DNA of 64,000 nt from Octopus vulgaris (taxonomy: Eukaryota): NCBI GenBank assembly GCA_951406725.2, contig OX597822.1:77748001-77812000 (forward strand), read 5' to 3'. Made by a program: the position numbers and the translations under genes. The stretch's first letter is position 1, and every line of letters starts with the position of its first letter. Under the pieces are notes generated by a model, which ran no database searches, was not told the DNA's origin, and saw only the letters and a list, made by a program, of their open reading frames with translations. Shown piece after piece: positions 1 to 13,325 of this stretch.

Positions 1-599
1 GCCCCCACCTCTCGCTTTCCCTCCTTCCCTCCCCCTCTCTCCTACTTCTTCCTTCAATAATAGAATGAATTGGTTTTTGAAAGTTTTCACTTAATGGAGT
101 GGCTCAATTCCGTTTCATTAATGTCACATTATCGCCTTTACCACCACCACCACCACCACCACCACCACCATCACCACCACCACCATCACCATCACCACCA
201 CCACCATCACCACCAACATCACATAACAGTAATGATAATAATAATAATTATGATGATAATAATAATTGTAATAACGATAATAATTCTTACAACAACAAGC
301 GATAACAATTAACTAATATCAATATTAATAACAATTATAATTGTTTCTTACATTAAAAAAATATCGATTTCTCACATCATCATATTCAATATAATGATGA
401 TGATGATGATGATGATGATAACATCAACGACAGCAATAATGGTGTTAACATTGCTATAAGAAAAGTGAAAACAAAGATGATGATGATAGTTTTTTTTTTT
501 ATTAGCCACAAGGGCACAGAACTTTGGTGACAGTAGAACAGTAAAGAAAACAAATAGCAATACGGGTCCCAGATTTATGGATTCTTCATCTCTCTGTCT

Positions 600-1110
600 T
601 TCAGTTTCTACCTACAACTTTTCTACAGATCGAACAGGCCCATCTACTTGAATGGATTTGTGATTTCTCTGCCTTCCTACTTATTAAGACTTTGGTTTTT
701 GCTAGGTTAACTCTAAGGCCTTTTGATTCTAGACCTTGCTTCCACACCTAGAACTTCTCTAGTTAAGATAGTAATTCAGCTATAAGAACAAGGTCATCAG
801 CATAGAGGAGCTCCCAGGGGCAGCCTGTCTTGAATTCCTCTGTTATTGCCTAGAGGACTATGATGAAGAGGGGGCTGAGCACCGAACCTTGGTGAACCCC
901 TACTTGTACCCTGAATTCTTCGCTGTCCTCATTGCGAACCATCACCTTACAGGTAGCATCCCTGTACAAAGCTTGTACAGGTCTCATCAACTCATCTATC
1001 CCTAGTTTCAGTATCGACCACCAGATAAGGGATTGGGGGACCCTGTCAAAGATTTTCTCCAAGTCAGCAAAGGCCTAGTAAAGAGGTTTATCTTTGGCTA
1101 TGTATTTCTC
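600..1110 (-). mobile_element. RTE-clade LINE reverse-transcriptase fragment (decayed)
   Basis: DLEKIFDRVP...GVHQGSVLSPLFIIVL, then CPWELLYADDLVLIAE (reverse complement of ~775-830). These are RT domain motifs including YADD. Confidence 0.85.
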
Positions 1111-2214
1111 ATACACAGAAAAGAGAGAGGAAGAGAAAGAGAGATTAAACAATTGCATGAAAAAACAATGAAGGAACACAGATGATGTGGACGTGCTCAA
1201 CCCTCATCACTTATCCAGAAATCATCACAGTTTCGTGCCATTATCTCTAACAAAACAATTACAAAAAGAAATGAAATAGAAAACAGCTATAAAAGTCTGA
1301 GGGGCATTCAAAGATAATGTTATAAAGTTGATGCCCAAATAAGGGGAAGAAATTATAGAGTAAAAATATCACATTTCAAGCATAGTCTTTGTTTCGATAC
1401 TAGAGCAAAGTTCTGGGAAAGATGGGAAAGAGACGAAAGGAGATAACAAAGAAACAAAGAGAGACAAGGAGAAAAATGCATGTGGGTTACATTAATGTCA
1501 ACTTTTCTATACTTTTACATGGGTCAGACAGAATTCATTTTGGCAAATTTTATGTAGTTGGATGCCCTTCCTGTCACCAACATTTTACCTGTTTTCACTG
1601 AAGATTGGACAGGAACTACACCTCTTGTATGACAGTGATGCTCATTTACAATCATCGTGAGACATCACAACAAGGATACATACACACACACATACACGTG
1701 TGTGTCTTTGTCTTGCAAGCTACTAGGTATCCTACTGGTGCTGGTGCCACATAAAAAGCAGCCAATACACTCTGTAAAGTGGTTGGCATCAGAAAGGGCG
1801 TCAAACAAGAGAAACCGTGCCAAAACAGACAATTGGTACTTGGTGCAGCTTGCCAGCTCCTGTCAAACCATTCACCCTATGCCAGCTAGGAAGGCAGATG
1901 TTAAATGATGATGGTGGTGGTGATGATATGTATATATATATGTATGTATATATGTGTGTGTGTATGCATGTTTTTATGTGTGTGTGTGAGTTTATATGTG
2001 TTTGTATGTGTATATATGTGTGTATATGTGAGCTTATATATATGTGTATGTATATATATGTGTGTGTATGTATGTGTATTTAACAGCTTTTGAAGAGGTT
2101 GCATGATGCAATGAAAATTATAGAAAAAAATAAATAAATGAGTGGGAATTGAACCGGTGAGTGTGTTAAATAATAAGGCATTAGAGCAGAAGGACTCTCC
2201 CCAGAGACAATAAT

Positions 2215-3090
2215 ATATTTGAAAACATAAGGACACCGAACGCATAGCCAGCTAGAAATGATGTTTCTTGGGACCGAATAACAGTAACATTCCTCCCTTT
2301 CCTGGGACTACCACATTATGTTGGCAACACGCCATCATTTTATCATGCTGTTACTGTATACCTCCCTTTGAGAGATTTAGAAATGTAATATTTCTATTTT
2401 TGTAGATCAGTGAATGTTTTTCACTTTGAATTCTATTAGCTTACAACAGCGGACTAGCAAAGCCAAGCTCCTCCATGCTGATAAAGGGCAATAACCCTGA
2501 AACTAGTCCATGGATGCTGAGTTTTGCTGGGTGGAGATGCTAATCTCCCCTGTTCAAAGACATAAGTACACAGAATGTTTGTGTCGCATAGCCAGCTAGA
2601 AACAATGTTTCTTGGGGCTAAATAACAGTAACATTTCACCCTTTCCTGGGACTGCCTCATTATGTTGGCAAAGCCAAGCTACTCCATGCTAATAAAGAGC
2701 AATAACACTGAAACTCGTCTGTGGTTGCTGGGTGGAGGTGCAGAATGTGTTGCATAGCCAGCTAGAAGCAATGTTTCTTGGGGTTAAATAACAGTAACAT
2801 TCCACCCTTTCCTGGGACTGCCACATTATGTTGGCAAAGCCAAGCTACTCCATGCTAATAAAGGGCAATAACTCTGAAACTAGTCTGTGGTTGCTGGGTT
2901 TTGCTGGGTGGAGGTGCAGAATGTGTATTGCATAGCCAGCTAGAAGCAATGTTTCTTGGGAGTAAATAACAGTAATATTCCTCCTTTTCCTGGGACTGCC
3001 ACATTATGTTGGCAACCATCCATCACTTTATTGTGCTGTTACTGCATATCTCTCTTTGAGAGATTTAGAAATGTAATATTTCTATTTTTA
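2215..3090. repeat. Tandem array (4 units, ~170-350 bp spacing) of a dispersed repeat also present at ~36640-36780
   Basis: Recurrent gcatagccagctagaa...tgtttcttggg..taaataacagtaacatt...cctgggactgccacattatgttggcaa at ~2242, 2586, 2752 and 2930, with a homologue near 36690. Confidence 0.8.
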
Positions 3091-3185
3091 ATATGCATGT
3101 ATGTATATAGCTAGCTACTTTCTCATATACGAGCAAAGCCATTGCTAGAAAGAATCATTGAAATGGGTCATTGATGATAAAATGT

Positions 3186-3350
3186 AAGGCCCTTGTATGA
3201 TTCTTGAGCCTGGTCAAAGATTTGCACATTCTATTGCATAATGCACAGATGTGCTGTCTGGCAGATGGAACAGGTGCCACAGTATGAAGTCTTTTGACAT
3301 GCCTTTTTGATTCTCCAACTGAAAGGCACACCTTTCCATAAATTGCACAA
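3186..3350 (-). pseudogene. Decayed tandem C2H2 zinc-finger coding fragment (probably a LINE ORF2 C-terminus)
   Basis: Reverse frame not shown in the ORF track: SCAIYGKVCLSVGESKRHVKRLH...HICALCNRMCKSLTRLKNHTRALH, with an upstream in-frame stop. Confidence 0.5.
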
Positions 3351-3799
3351 GACCAAATTATACAACAGACCTGCTCTCTGCCTTGTTTTTAATGTTGTGC
3401 CAAGTCCTGCTGGATATTCATATTGCAATGTAAGTGACAATGTTCTTTCCCTCTCTCTTTGTTGTTTAGTTCCTCCCCCATCCCACTCCCCTCATCAAAT
3501 CAGTCTCAATCAAGCAAACCAGCTATCTTTTATCTTTTACTTGTTTCAGTCCTCAGAGTGAGGCCTTGCTATGGCACCACCCTGAAAGGTTTTAGTTGAA
3601 CAAGTCAACCCCAGTACTTGTTTTTGCTAATTAAAACCCGATACTTATTTTCTTGGTTGTTATAGGAATGCAAATAAACCAACAACAGTTGTCAAGTAGT
3701 TGAAGACCAAACACACACACTCATATATATATATAATTCAATTTAATTAGAGGTTAAAATAACCTCATTAAGGGATAAAAATTGCCATTGAATTTTAAT

Positions 3800-4170
3800 T
3801 AAAGCACCATTCGAGCATGGTCGATGCCAGTGCCACCTGATTGGTCCTGTGCCGGTGGCATGTAAAAAGTACCATTCAAGCATGGTCGATGCCAGTGCTG
3901 CCTGACTGGCTCCAGTGGCAGTGGCACGTAAAAAGCACCATTCAAACGTGGTTGATGCTAGTACCGCCTGACTGGCCCTTGTGCCGGTGGCACATAAAAA
4001 GCATCCGCTACACTCTCAGAGTTGTTGGCGTTAGGAAGGGTATCCATTTGTAGAAACTTTGCCAGATTGGATTGGAGCCTAGTGCAGCCTCCTGGCTTGC
4101 CAGCCCTCAGTGAAACCGTCCAACTCATGCCAGCATGGAAAGCGGATATTAAACGATAATGATGATGATG
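3800..4170 (+). repeat. SINE-like repeat with internal ~57-bp tandem units and a (GAT)n tail
   Basis: Units of gatgccagtgc..cctgactggc..gtggcacgtaaaaagcacc, followed by ggaagggcatcc...ccagcatggaaagcgga...gatgatgat. Same family at 16975-17460, 22630-22905, 35300-35535 and 40500-40745. Confidence 0.75.
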
Positions 4171-4419
4171 TGTGTGTACATACACTCACATACACTGTAT
4201 GTTTGTGTATGTGTGTCTGTGGTTGATGTAACTTAGTGTTTCAGCAAAAAGAAATCGATATAATGTGTCCCAGACACATTATATCAGGAAGTATTAGTGT
4301 TGATTCATTTGACTAAATCCTTCAAGGTACTGTCCCAGTATGGTCGCAGTCCAATGCCCGAAACAAGTAAAAGAACAAAAGTTGCATAATAATGTTTGAG
4401 TGTTTTGATTGTGTTACAC

Positions 4420-4900
4420 TATGCGTATAAAGTATGTATGTGTGTGTGTATGAAAGTGTGTATGTGTGTACATGTTTGTATGTCTTTGTGTGTGTATGAA
4501 AGTGTGTATGTGTGTATATCTCTGTGTGTGTAGGAAAGTGTGTATGTGTGTGTATCTGTGTGTATGAAAGTTTGTATGTGCGTATATCTGTGTGTGTGTG
4601 TATGAAAGTGTGTATATCTTTGTGTGTGTATGAAGCGTGTGTATGTGTGTATGAAAGTGTGTATGTGTGTATATATCTTAGTGTGTGTGAGTTTGTGTAT
4701 ATATATATATATGTGTGTGTGTATGAAAGTGTATATGTGTGTATATGTGTATATCTTTGTGTGTCTTTGTGTATGTATGAGCGTGTGTTTATGAAAGTGT
4801 GTATATGTGTGCATCTTTGTGTGTATATCTTTGTGTGTATGAAAGTGCATGTGTATATCTTTGTGTGTTTATGAAAGTGTGTGTGTGTGTGTGTGCAGCT
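4420..4900. repeat. Compound (TG/TA) minisatellite with a recurrent gtatgaaagtgtg motif
   Basis: Direct inspection. Confidence 0.85.
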
Positions 4901-5892
4901 CTTTGTGTGTTCTACTCTAATGTTCTTAATTTAATCATTCACACGCACACCAGTTTTTCTCTCTCCATTCTGGACAGTTTCTTCTCTGATTATTGCACTG
5001 GACTTAGTCATCGTAGTGGTGGCCGTTGACAGGTGTTGTGGTGGTAGTGACGGTGTGGTTGACAGTAATTGACGGATGATATGTGCAGTGGTGGTTTAGG
5101 AGGCAGTGTTAGTTGCACTTAATAGTAATACTGTAAATTTTGTGTTGCTTATTGATGTTTATCCCTAGGTCAGTTCTGACTGAGTAAACCTATGATCAAA
5201 GACATTCCAGGCATGACCACCCTGTCTTTTAATTGTGTGCAGCAAATCCAGGACCACATTATTCAATATGCACTTTTTAAAGATATTCAGATGTAATTTG
5301 AGGAGTATTTAGCTGCTAATTTTAGAAGTTTGTAAAACTATCCAGAGGCTCCTTTGCTGGCTTCTTGCATCTTTATTTCTTTACATGTTACAGTCATTAG
5401 ACTGTGGCCATACTGGAGCACCATCTTCAAGAATTTTTATCAGTTTCTTTTGCCAAACTGCTTGGTTACAGGAATGTTAAACATAGTCACAGACATGGTT
5501 GTGTGGTAAGAAGCTTGCTTGGTTCCAAGTAAGTGTCTTTTATTACAGCCTTGGGCCAACCAAAACCTTGTGAGTGGATTTCGTAGACGAGAACTGAAAG
5601 AAGCCCATTGTGTATATATATATATAAGTGTGTGTGTGTATGTTTGTGTGTCTATGTTTGTTCCCCCATCCCCCATTGTTGATGTATTTACGTCCCCGTA
5701 ACTTTGCAGTTCGGCAAAAGGGACTAATAGAATAAGTAATAGGCTTACAAAGAATAAGTCCTGGGGTCAATTTGTTCAACTAAAGGCGGTGTTCCAGCAT
5801 GGCCTGAAACAAGTAAAAGAAAAAATACACAGGTTGTCAAGCAGTGGCACGGAACAGACACATGCACAAACATATATATATATATATATATA

Positions 5893-6168
5893 TTTATAAC
5901 AATAAGCGTTTTGCAACAAGTTGCTTGACCACATACCGAAAATTTTAGAAATAGCAGCTAAAAGACTACTATTTCCATTTTCTACAAAAATATGTCTCCA
6001 CAGACAACAATATTTGTAACTCACACATGGCAAAAAAGAAGAAAAACAATGAAATCAAACAGACATATTTTTGTAGTAAAAGGAAATAGTAGTCTTTTAA
6101 CTGCTATTTCTAAAATTTTCGGTATGTGGTCAAGCAACTTGTTGCAAAACCCTTATTGTTATAATTAT
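5893..6168. mobile_element. Fold-back/MITE-like element with ~105-bp inverted arms and a ~63-bp spacer, in a (TA)n tract
   Basis: 5893-5997 (tataacaataag...ttgcaacaagttgcttgaccacataccgaaaattttagaaatagcag...aaaaatatgtct) is the near-exact reverse complement of 6061-6168. Confidence 0.8.
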
Positions 6169-6289
6169 ATATAAAAAAAATTTTTGTATAAGTTTTTACT
6201 GAATATGGTCCTTTTCCATACCGAAAAACTACTAGGTGAAATTTGTTGATTTTATTAAATTAATTATCTTTCACCCTATATCTGTAATG

Positions 6290-6349
<60 letters not shown>

Positions 6350-7012
6350 ATGGGCTTCTTTCAGTTTCCAGTTACTAAATCCACTCACAAGACTTCAGTT
6401 GGCCCATAGATATAGTGGAAGGCACTTGCCCAACATGCCATGCAGTGGAACTGAACTCAAAACCATGTGGTTGGGAAGCAAGCTTCTTTACCTCACACCC
6501 ACACCTGCACGTGTTTGTAATAATAATGTTTGTTGTTGTTGATGTTTTTAGTATTTGTAGTAGTAGTGGTAGTGGTGGTGAGTGTAATTATAGTTGTTGA
6601 AAGTAGTATAGGTGGTGAAACGATGTGATAGTGTTGCTTTCACTTAAAGGTGGTGGTGGTGGTGGTGGTTATGGGTGTATATTATGACTCTTCTTCTCTA
6701 GGCACAAGGCACAAAATTCTGGGGGAGAGGCCAGTCGATTAGATCGACCCCACTACGCAACTGGTACTTAATTTATTGACCCTGAAAGGATGAAAGGCAA
6801 AGTTGACCTTGGTGGAATTTGAACTCAGAACATAAAGACAGATGAAATACCACTAAGTATTTTGCCCAGCATGCTAACAAATCTGCCAGCTCACAGCCTT
6901 GTATATTATGACCATGGGCAACATGGTCATTGAAGGAGGAGCTTGTGGTGGTATTAGTGATAGCAAAATCCATACCTGGACTGAAATTACATCCATGCAT
7001 CCATTGCAAATA

Positions 7013-8471
7013 TTGGGTCATCCCATAAATAGTTTAGCTTTTTATATAATTCTGTTATTTTTCAAAATGAAGATAAACAAAGTTCTTTTTTAATCCAAAA
7101 TATACTCTCCTTCATTTTCTACAATGCTCTTCCATCTATCTGGTAGACTTGCAAAGCCCCAAGGCAGCGATCTGGCAGAATTGTTAGCATGCTGGGCGAA
7201 ATACTTAGCCGTGTTTCGTCTGCTGCTACATTCCAAGTTCCAAAGAACAACTTTGCCTTTCATCCTATTGAGGTCAATAAATTAAGTACCAGTAAAATAC
7301 TGGGGTTGATGTAATTGACTAGTCTCCTCTCCCAAATTTTAGGCTTTATGCCTATAGTATAAAAGATTTGCATGGCCCCTCTTCCAAAATTCACTTAACT
7401 GTGACAAAAAAATATTCCTCCAGTACTGTTCTGATCTCATTTTTTCCGTCCAAATGATTTTGAAGACTGTGGAATAAATGATAATCAGAAGGGGCAATGT
7501 CTGGCAAATTTGGTGGATGGGACATTGTTTCCCATTCAAACTGCTCGAGTTTTTGGAATGTCATCCTTGCTGTACATGGTTGAGCATTATCCTGATGGAA
7601 GAACACTTTTCGTCTTGAAACCAAAGATGGTCTAGTGTGAACTTAAGCTGCTCAAGCTGCTCGCAGTAGATCTCCTTTGTTATTGTTTGGTTTGGGTTTA
7701 AAAGTTCAAAGTGGACTAAACCTTTCATATCCCACCAAACAGATAAGAACATCTTATGTGGGTGAATACCTTCTTTAGCCTGGGGTGCTGTTGTTTCTTC
7801 TTTCCCTACCCACTGTCTTCAGTGCCTGACATTTTTATAGAGAACCCATTTCTCATCACTGGTCACTATTTGGTCCAAAAATAGTTCATTCATGAGACAT
7901 GACAGTGAAGAAGAGCACACATTTACTTTATGCATGTGATTAGACTCTGAAAGTTTGGGAGAAACCCATTGATCCAATTTGCTGACTTTTCTGATGGTAT
8001 GCAAATGTCAATGAATGTTTGAATGAACAAATCCAAGCTTCTCTGCTAGTTTCTCAACAGTTACAATGAGATTTCGTTCCACCAGGATTTGCACGACTTC
8101 CACATCGATCTCTACAAATCTTCTAGGACAAGACTCGTCTTCTAGGCTTGGAATTTCTGGAACCATCGTTGACAGTGGCTTACATTTATTGTCCGATCCC
8201 CATATACTGCATTAATATTCCTTGCACTTTCCATTGCGTTGTTGTTATTGAACTCACAAAGCAAAATATGCTTCTTTGTCACTTCCATTATAGCTTTGAA
8301 AAAATAACTGTTAAAATCAAATTGCACTCTTCAAAACTTGCACTAAGAATAAGGACAAGGTAAAATTACTGCCTGCTTTTATAGCAAGCTGATGCACGTA
8401 GTTTATCCCATGCCCCTCTGACTTTTAGTTCATGCAATTGAAAAATCCGCATTATTTATGGGATGACCCAA
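7013..8471 (-). mobile_element. Full-length decayed mariner (DD34D) transposon with a SINE inserted at ~7165-7360
   Basis: TIRs ttgggtcatcccataaata / tatttatgggatgacccaa, with TA on the left. Fragments MEVTKKHILLCEF...CQRWFQKF, IVTSDEKWVLYKN, LSVWWDMKGLVHFELL, HQDNAQP and HPPNLPDIAPSDYHLFHSLQNHL. Several frameshifts and stops. Confidence 0.92.
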
Positions 8472-8834
8472 CAGATACAGCTTCTTTGTTTGTTTTTCTT
8501 TTCTTTTTCCTTTCTTTCTATTATTCTCTTTAACTTTAAGACCTCTCTTTCAAACACTCATACATCGAAACCAATGGGAGTGACCATCATTAGTGGTACT
8601 GGTAACTATGAGGTGATATAGCTTTGGTGATACTTATCATTCTTCTATTATTCAGTTTCCATCTACCAAATCCACTCACAAGGTTTTGATAGGCCTGGTG
8701 TTATAAAAGAAAAATGCATGCCCAAGGTACCATACATTGGGACTGAAACCAAGATCACATGGTTGGGAAACAAGCTTCTCAACCACACAACCATACTTAA
8801 ATCTTTTTTTACTAACTTATTGGTTTTAATCATT

Positions 8835-9302
8835 GAACCATGGGTCAATGATAGTGCTGCCCGACTGGCTCCCTTGCTGGTGGCACGTAATAAGCACCAT
8901 TTGGGCATGGGTTGATGCTAGTGCCACCTGACTGGCACCTGTGCTGGTGGCATGTAATAAGCACCATCTGAGCTTGGGTTGATGCTAGTGCTGCCTGACT
9001 GGCTCCTGAGCTGGTGGCACATAATAAGTACCATTTGAGCATGGGTCGATGCTAGTGCCGCCTGACTTGCACCTGTGCTGGTGGTACATAATAAGCACCA
9101 TTTGAGTATGGGTTGATGCTAGTGCTGCCTGACTGGCTCCTGAGCTGGTGGCACATAATAAGTACCATTTGAGCATGGGTCGATGCTAGTGCCACCTGAC
9201 TTGCACCTGTGCTGGTGGTATATAATAAGCACTATTTGAGCGTGAGTTGATGCTAATGCTGCCTGACTGGCTTCCGTGCTGGTGGCACGTAATAAGCACC
9301 AT
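8835..9302. repeat. ~67-bp tandem array (about 7 units, alternating variants giving a 134-bp period)
   Basis: Alternating gctgcctgactggctcctgagctggtggcacataataagtacc and gccacctgacttgcacctgtgctggtgg units. ORF starts recur 134 bp apart (9042, 9176, 9310). Confidence 0.85.
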
Positions 9303-11379
9303 CCCAACAATCACACACTACACACCTGCCTTCCAAGCACCACTGAAAACAGCAGAAGTGAGCTAGAATATTAAAACTGAGTGCACGTGCACAACAGAGT
9401 TCAAGGTCAATTTGTGCCAAGGGGCTTCACTCTGCGTTCTTCAGCTTCATTACTATGGCAACAGTCTGGATACTTATTCATCACACCACACAGACACGCA
9501 CATATATGTATATATAGAACATCAAAAGTTTTCATCTACCAAATTCACTGGCTATGCATTGGTCGACCCAGGTCTATAGTAGAAGACACTTGCCCAACGT
9601 GCTATGCAGTGGGACTGAACCCGAAACCATGTGGTTGCAAAGTGAGCTTCTTACCACACATCCATGCCTGCATCTGTTTCATTCTTTCCTACACACTTAA
9701 ACTCATTCTCATTCATCCTCTCTTTCTCTTCCCACCCTTGTCATTTTCCTCCTCAAACACACACACACACGCACGCACACACACACACACACACACGCAC
9801 GCACACACACACACACACACACACTCACTCTGTGCTTTTGAGCTTTCTTTCATTCATACTTTTCTATTCTCTCTCTCTATCTTCATTTTGCTCAGTCACA
9901 TTCTTACATGTAAACATACTTACCATTCCCTCTCTTTCTCTCCCTATTTCACTGCTTCTTTCTCCCTTCACTCTTTACCACACCTGTTTCTTTCCTACTT
10001 TCACTTTCCCACTCCCTTCTCACTCTTACTAAACCCACCTCTTCTCTTTCTAGTTTTCCCTCTTACCCTCTTACTCGCACTTTCTCTATTTCTCAGTCAC
10101 TGTCACTCTTTCATTTCCTCATTCACTTTCTTGCTTTCACTCTCACCTCGTTTCTGTATACCACCATCATTGCCTCTCTCTCTCCCTCCCCCCTCTAAAT
10201 CACTCTTGTACTCCCCACCCACCCACTAACCCTAACCCTACCCATTGGAAACAAAATCTATGTCGTGATCCTTCTTTTTTTTTTACTTCTTCCCAATAAT
10301 CTAATCTGATCCGGATTATGTTGAAGTGGAAAAGAAGAGGAGCAGTGCTGGTGGGTAGTGGTGCAGTTGCAGAGATGCATATGTTGGTGATGTGGCTGCA
10401 GAAGTGCATGAGTACTGGTGTTGGCAGTGAGGTTGCAGAGGCGCAAGTGTCACTGATGGAGCTTGGGAGATGCAGGGTCCGGTGGTGGGGGATCTAAGCT
10501 TCCATGAGGAACAAGTATTTAATGGCATTGTTCATTGTTTTTTTTTGTTGTTGTTGTTGATCCCTGCGAGGCAGATGATGCAGCATGTTGCACAAATATT
10601 GCTTGCAGTATTTTGTTATGTCCTTTTATGTTCTGAGTTCAAATCCTTCCAAGGTCATCATTAATTTCCATTCTTCTTGGGTCAATAAAATAAAGCCCCA
10701 GTTAAATATCATGGTTGATTTAGTTGATGAGGCATAGGCTCAGCTATGTGGTAAGAAGCTTGCTTCCTAACTACATGGTTCAAGGTTCAGTCTCACTGCA
10801 CGGCACCTTGGGCAAGTGTCTTCTACTATAGCCTCATATATATGATGATATATATATATCTTCTTTTATTCTTTTACTTGTTTCAGTCATTTGGACTGCG
10901 GCTATGCTGGAGCACAATCTTTAGTCAAGCAAATCGACCCCATAACTTATTCTTTGTAAGCCAAGTACTTATTCTATTGGTCTCTTTTACTGAACTGCTA
11001 AGTTATGGGGACATAAACACATCAGCATCGGTTGTTAAACGATGTTGGTGGACACACACACACATATATATACGACAGGCTTCTTTCAGTTTCTGTCTAC
11101 CTAATCCACTCACAAGGCTTTGGTTGGCTGGCAGCAGTAGTAGAAGATGCTTGCCCAAGGTTCCATGCAGTGGGACTAGACCCAGAACCATGTGGCTGGT
11201 TAGCAAGCTACTTACTACACAGCCACTCCTGTGCCTCATGTTGTGGAATAAGAGCATAGGCTCAAAATGTCAAAGACTTTTCCATTCTTCCTGAGCATCA
11301 AACTAACACACCTGCTTGTTGTTCTCTTACCTGTCTTCATCTTTTATTTTCTGTAAATTTGAACTATACACACACACAA

Positions 11380-11414
<35 letters not shown>

Positions 11415-12616
11415 GAAAGAGAGAGAGACCCACAGAAGGGAAGAAAGAGGGAGGGTGGTGGGGAGGAAGGTAAATAGACAGGTAGACAAATAGAGGGAGA
11501 GGTAAGTGAATGAGAAAGAGAGGGAGAGAAAGAAAGAGGTGATATTTGAGTAAAGACAGCTGTTGCCATTTTGTCCACTTTTATCCTACCTTACCACTAC
11601 TAGCAACCCCCTCCCACCTCCACCACTACAACTACCTCTTAACCGTTAGTATTAACTGCACTGTCTCCACTATTAATTCCATGTATATATTATAACCATT
11701 ACAGCCACCAACACCATTACCACTGCCGCCACCATCACCACCACCACCACCATGACTATCATCACCTCCACCACCACCACATCACTACCCCCCCCTTAAG
11801 TATTACCATGGTAACTTTTAAAGGTATCAGGGAGATTTAGGGATTGCTATTGATGCAGATGTTTCTGCTGCTGCATCGCATACTGTTGTTGTTGTTGTTA
11901 CTGCAGCTTTCTTTAACTGCTGCTGCTGTTGTTGTTGTTGTTGTGTGGTTATAATCCCTGTAGTTGTAGTCATTGCAGTTGTAGTGGTTATTTGGCTGTA
12001 GCTGTTGTTGCAGTTCATGTTGTTGTTTAGCCACAGGTCAGTCCTGGTTGGGCAGTCTGATAATGACCAAAAGTATTTCAGCCATGACCATCTATCCTCT
12101 CTTTTCCTCATATCCTTTGTTCTTTCACTTGCTTCAGTCATTGCACTGCGATCATGCTGGAGCAGTCTTGATAAAGCAAGAATGGAGTTCAGTTGTATTG
12201 AAGAAGTTACCCACCAACAACCTATTCACATCTCCAATTCCCTCACTGCTCAACACAGATACTTTTGCCTGCTGTGTTTCTACCCTGGGTGAAATCAACC
12301 CCCACTCCTTAGACAGCTTGGTCCTTATGAGCTTTCCTGCTGGCATCATATTGATGTTGAGCCTTGTGCAGACCCATAAAAGTTCTGAAACTGCTATCAA
12401 ACCCAAGCTTCCCAGCAGCTAAAGTGCTGGAGCACAATCCAAATCTCAGTTTATGCGAGGAACCCATGACTAGTTTGTTTGAATTCAAATTTTGCTGAGG
12501 TCAACTTTGCTTTACATGCTTTGAAGGTCAATAAACTAAACACCAGTCAAGCACTGGGGTCAATATAATTGACAGGACCCCTCCCCTTCCAAACATTAAG
12601 GCTCGTGCTTGTAGTA

Positions 12617-13325
12617 TTGGGTTGTCTGGTCTGGAAAGTTCTGAGCATTTTAAAGCTAAATCTTTTAATGCCGCATTGAACACACCTGAAACATAACACA
12701 GTCAAAACTTTGGCGTTGCTTGAAGTGGAATTGCATCTCTTCTTTGTTCCTGACTAAAAATAGATTTATCTTTCATTCCGCTTACCTTTTATTGACATTT
12801 GAAATGGATAACCAATGTTTTTATATTCGTATTGTGCAGACCCCAAAAATTTCATGTTTCCATTGTGTTGACCCCTAATTGCCATAAAAGACTCACTATC
12901 GAGACTTTTGTTCTCAAACTGCTTTCAAATCAAGCTTCCCATCTGCTAAAGTGCAGGAGTACAACACAAGTCTCAGTTTCTGCGAGGAATCCATGATTAA
13001 TTTGTCTGAATTCAAATGTTGCTGACGTCAAAGACTTGCAAAACCATTTGTTGAGTTTACGGTGATGATGCTGTAGGTGAATCAACTGTTCGAAGGTGGA
13101 GTGCAAAATTTAAAGTTGGAGAGAGTTTAGCTTGGAATATGACAATCACAGTGGAAGACCTTCAAATTTGGTTGAAGATATTTTGAAGGCAAAAATAGAA
13201 GTAAACTCAAATATCTCACCTAGAGAACTTGCAGAGAGGTTGGAAATTTCAAGAAGTACAGATCATGAAATATATCCCTTTTTTTTGCAAGTTAAAAAGC
13301 ACTCAGATCTTTCCAGACAACCTAA
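12617..13325 (+). mobile_element. Internally deleted mariner with TA TSD, inserted in a SINE tail; carries filler copied from its flank
   Basis: TA|ttgggttgtctgg..aaagttctgagc at the left and cactcagatctttccagacaacctaa|TA at the right. N-terminal HTH remnants VYGDDAVGESTVRRW and HSGRPSNLVEDILKAKIE...RELAERLEIS. Confidence 0.85.

Noticed and set aside
70-312. Poly-His / poly-Pro ORFs
   Set aside because: (CAC)n and (AAT)n microsatellite translations with no domain or splice support.
8835-9302. CRISPR-like regular repeats (also 41335-41590 and 51869-52409)
   Set aside because: Whole units repeat with no unique spacers, no cas genes, and eukaryotic context.
9381-10229. 282-aa ORF
   Set aside because: Runs through a SINE, (CA)n and a CT-rich tract; it is open only because pyrimidine-rich sequence has few stops.
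10222-10243. Telomeric (CCCTAA)n
   Set aside because: Only about 2 units; not meaningful.
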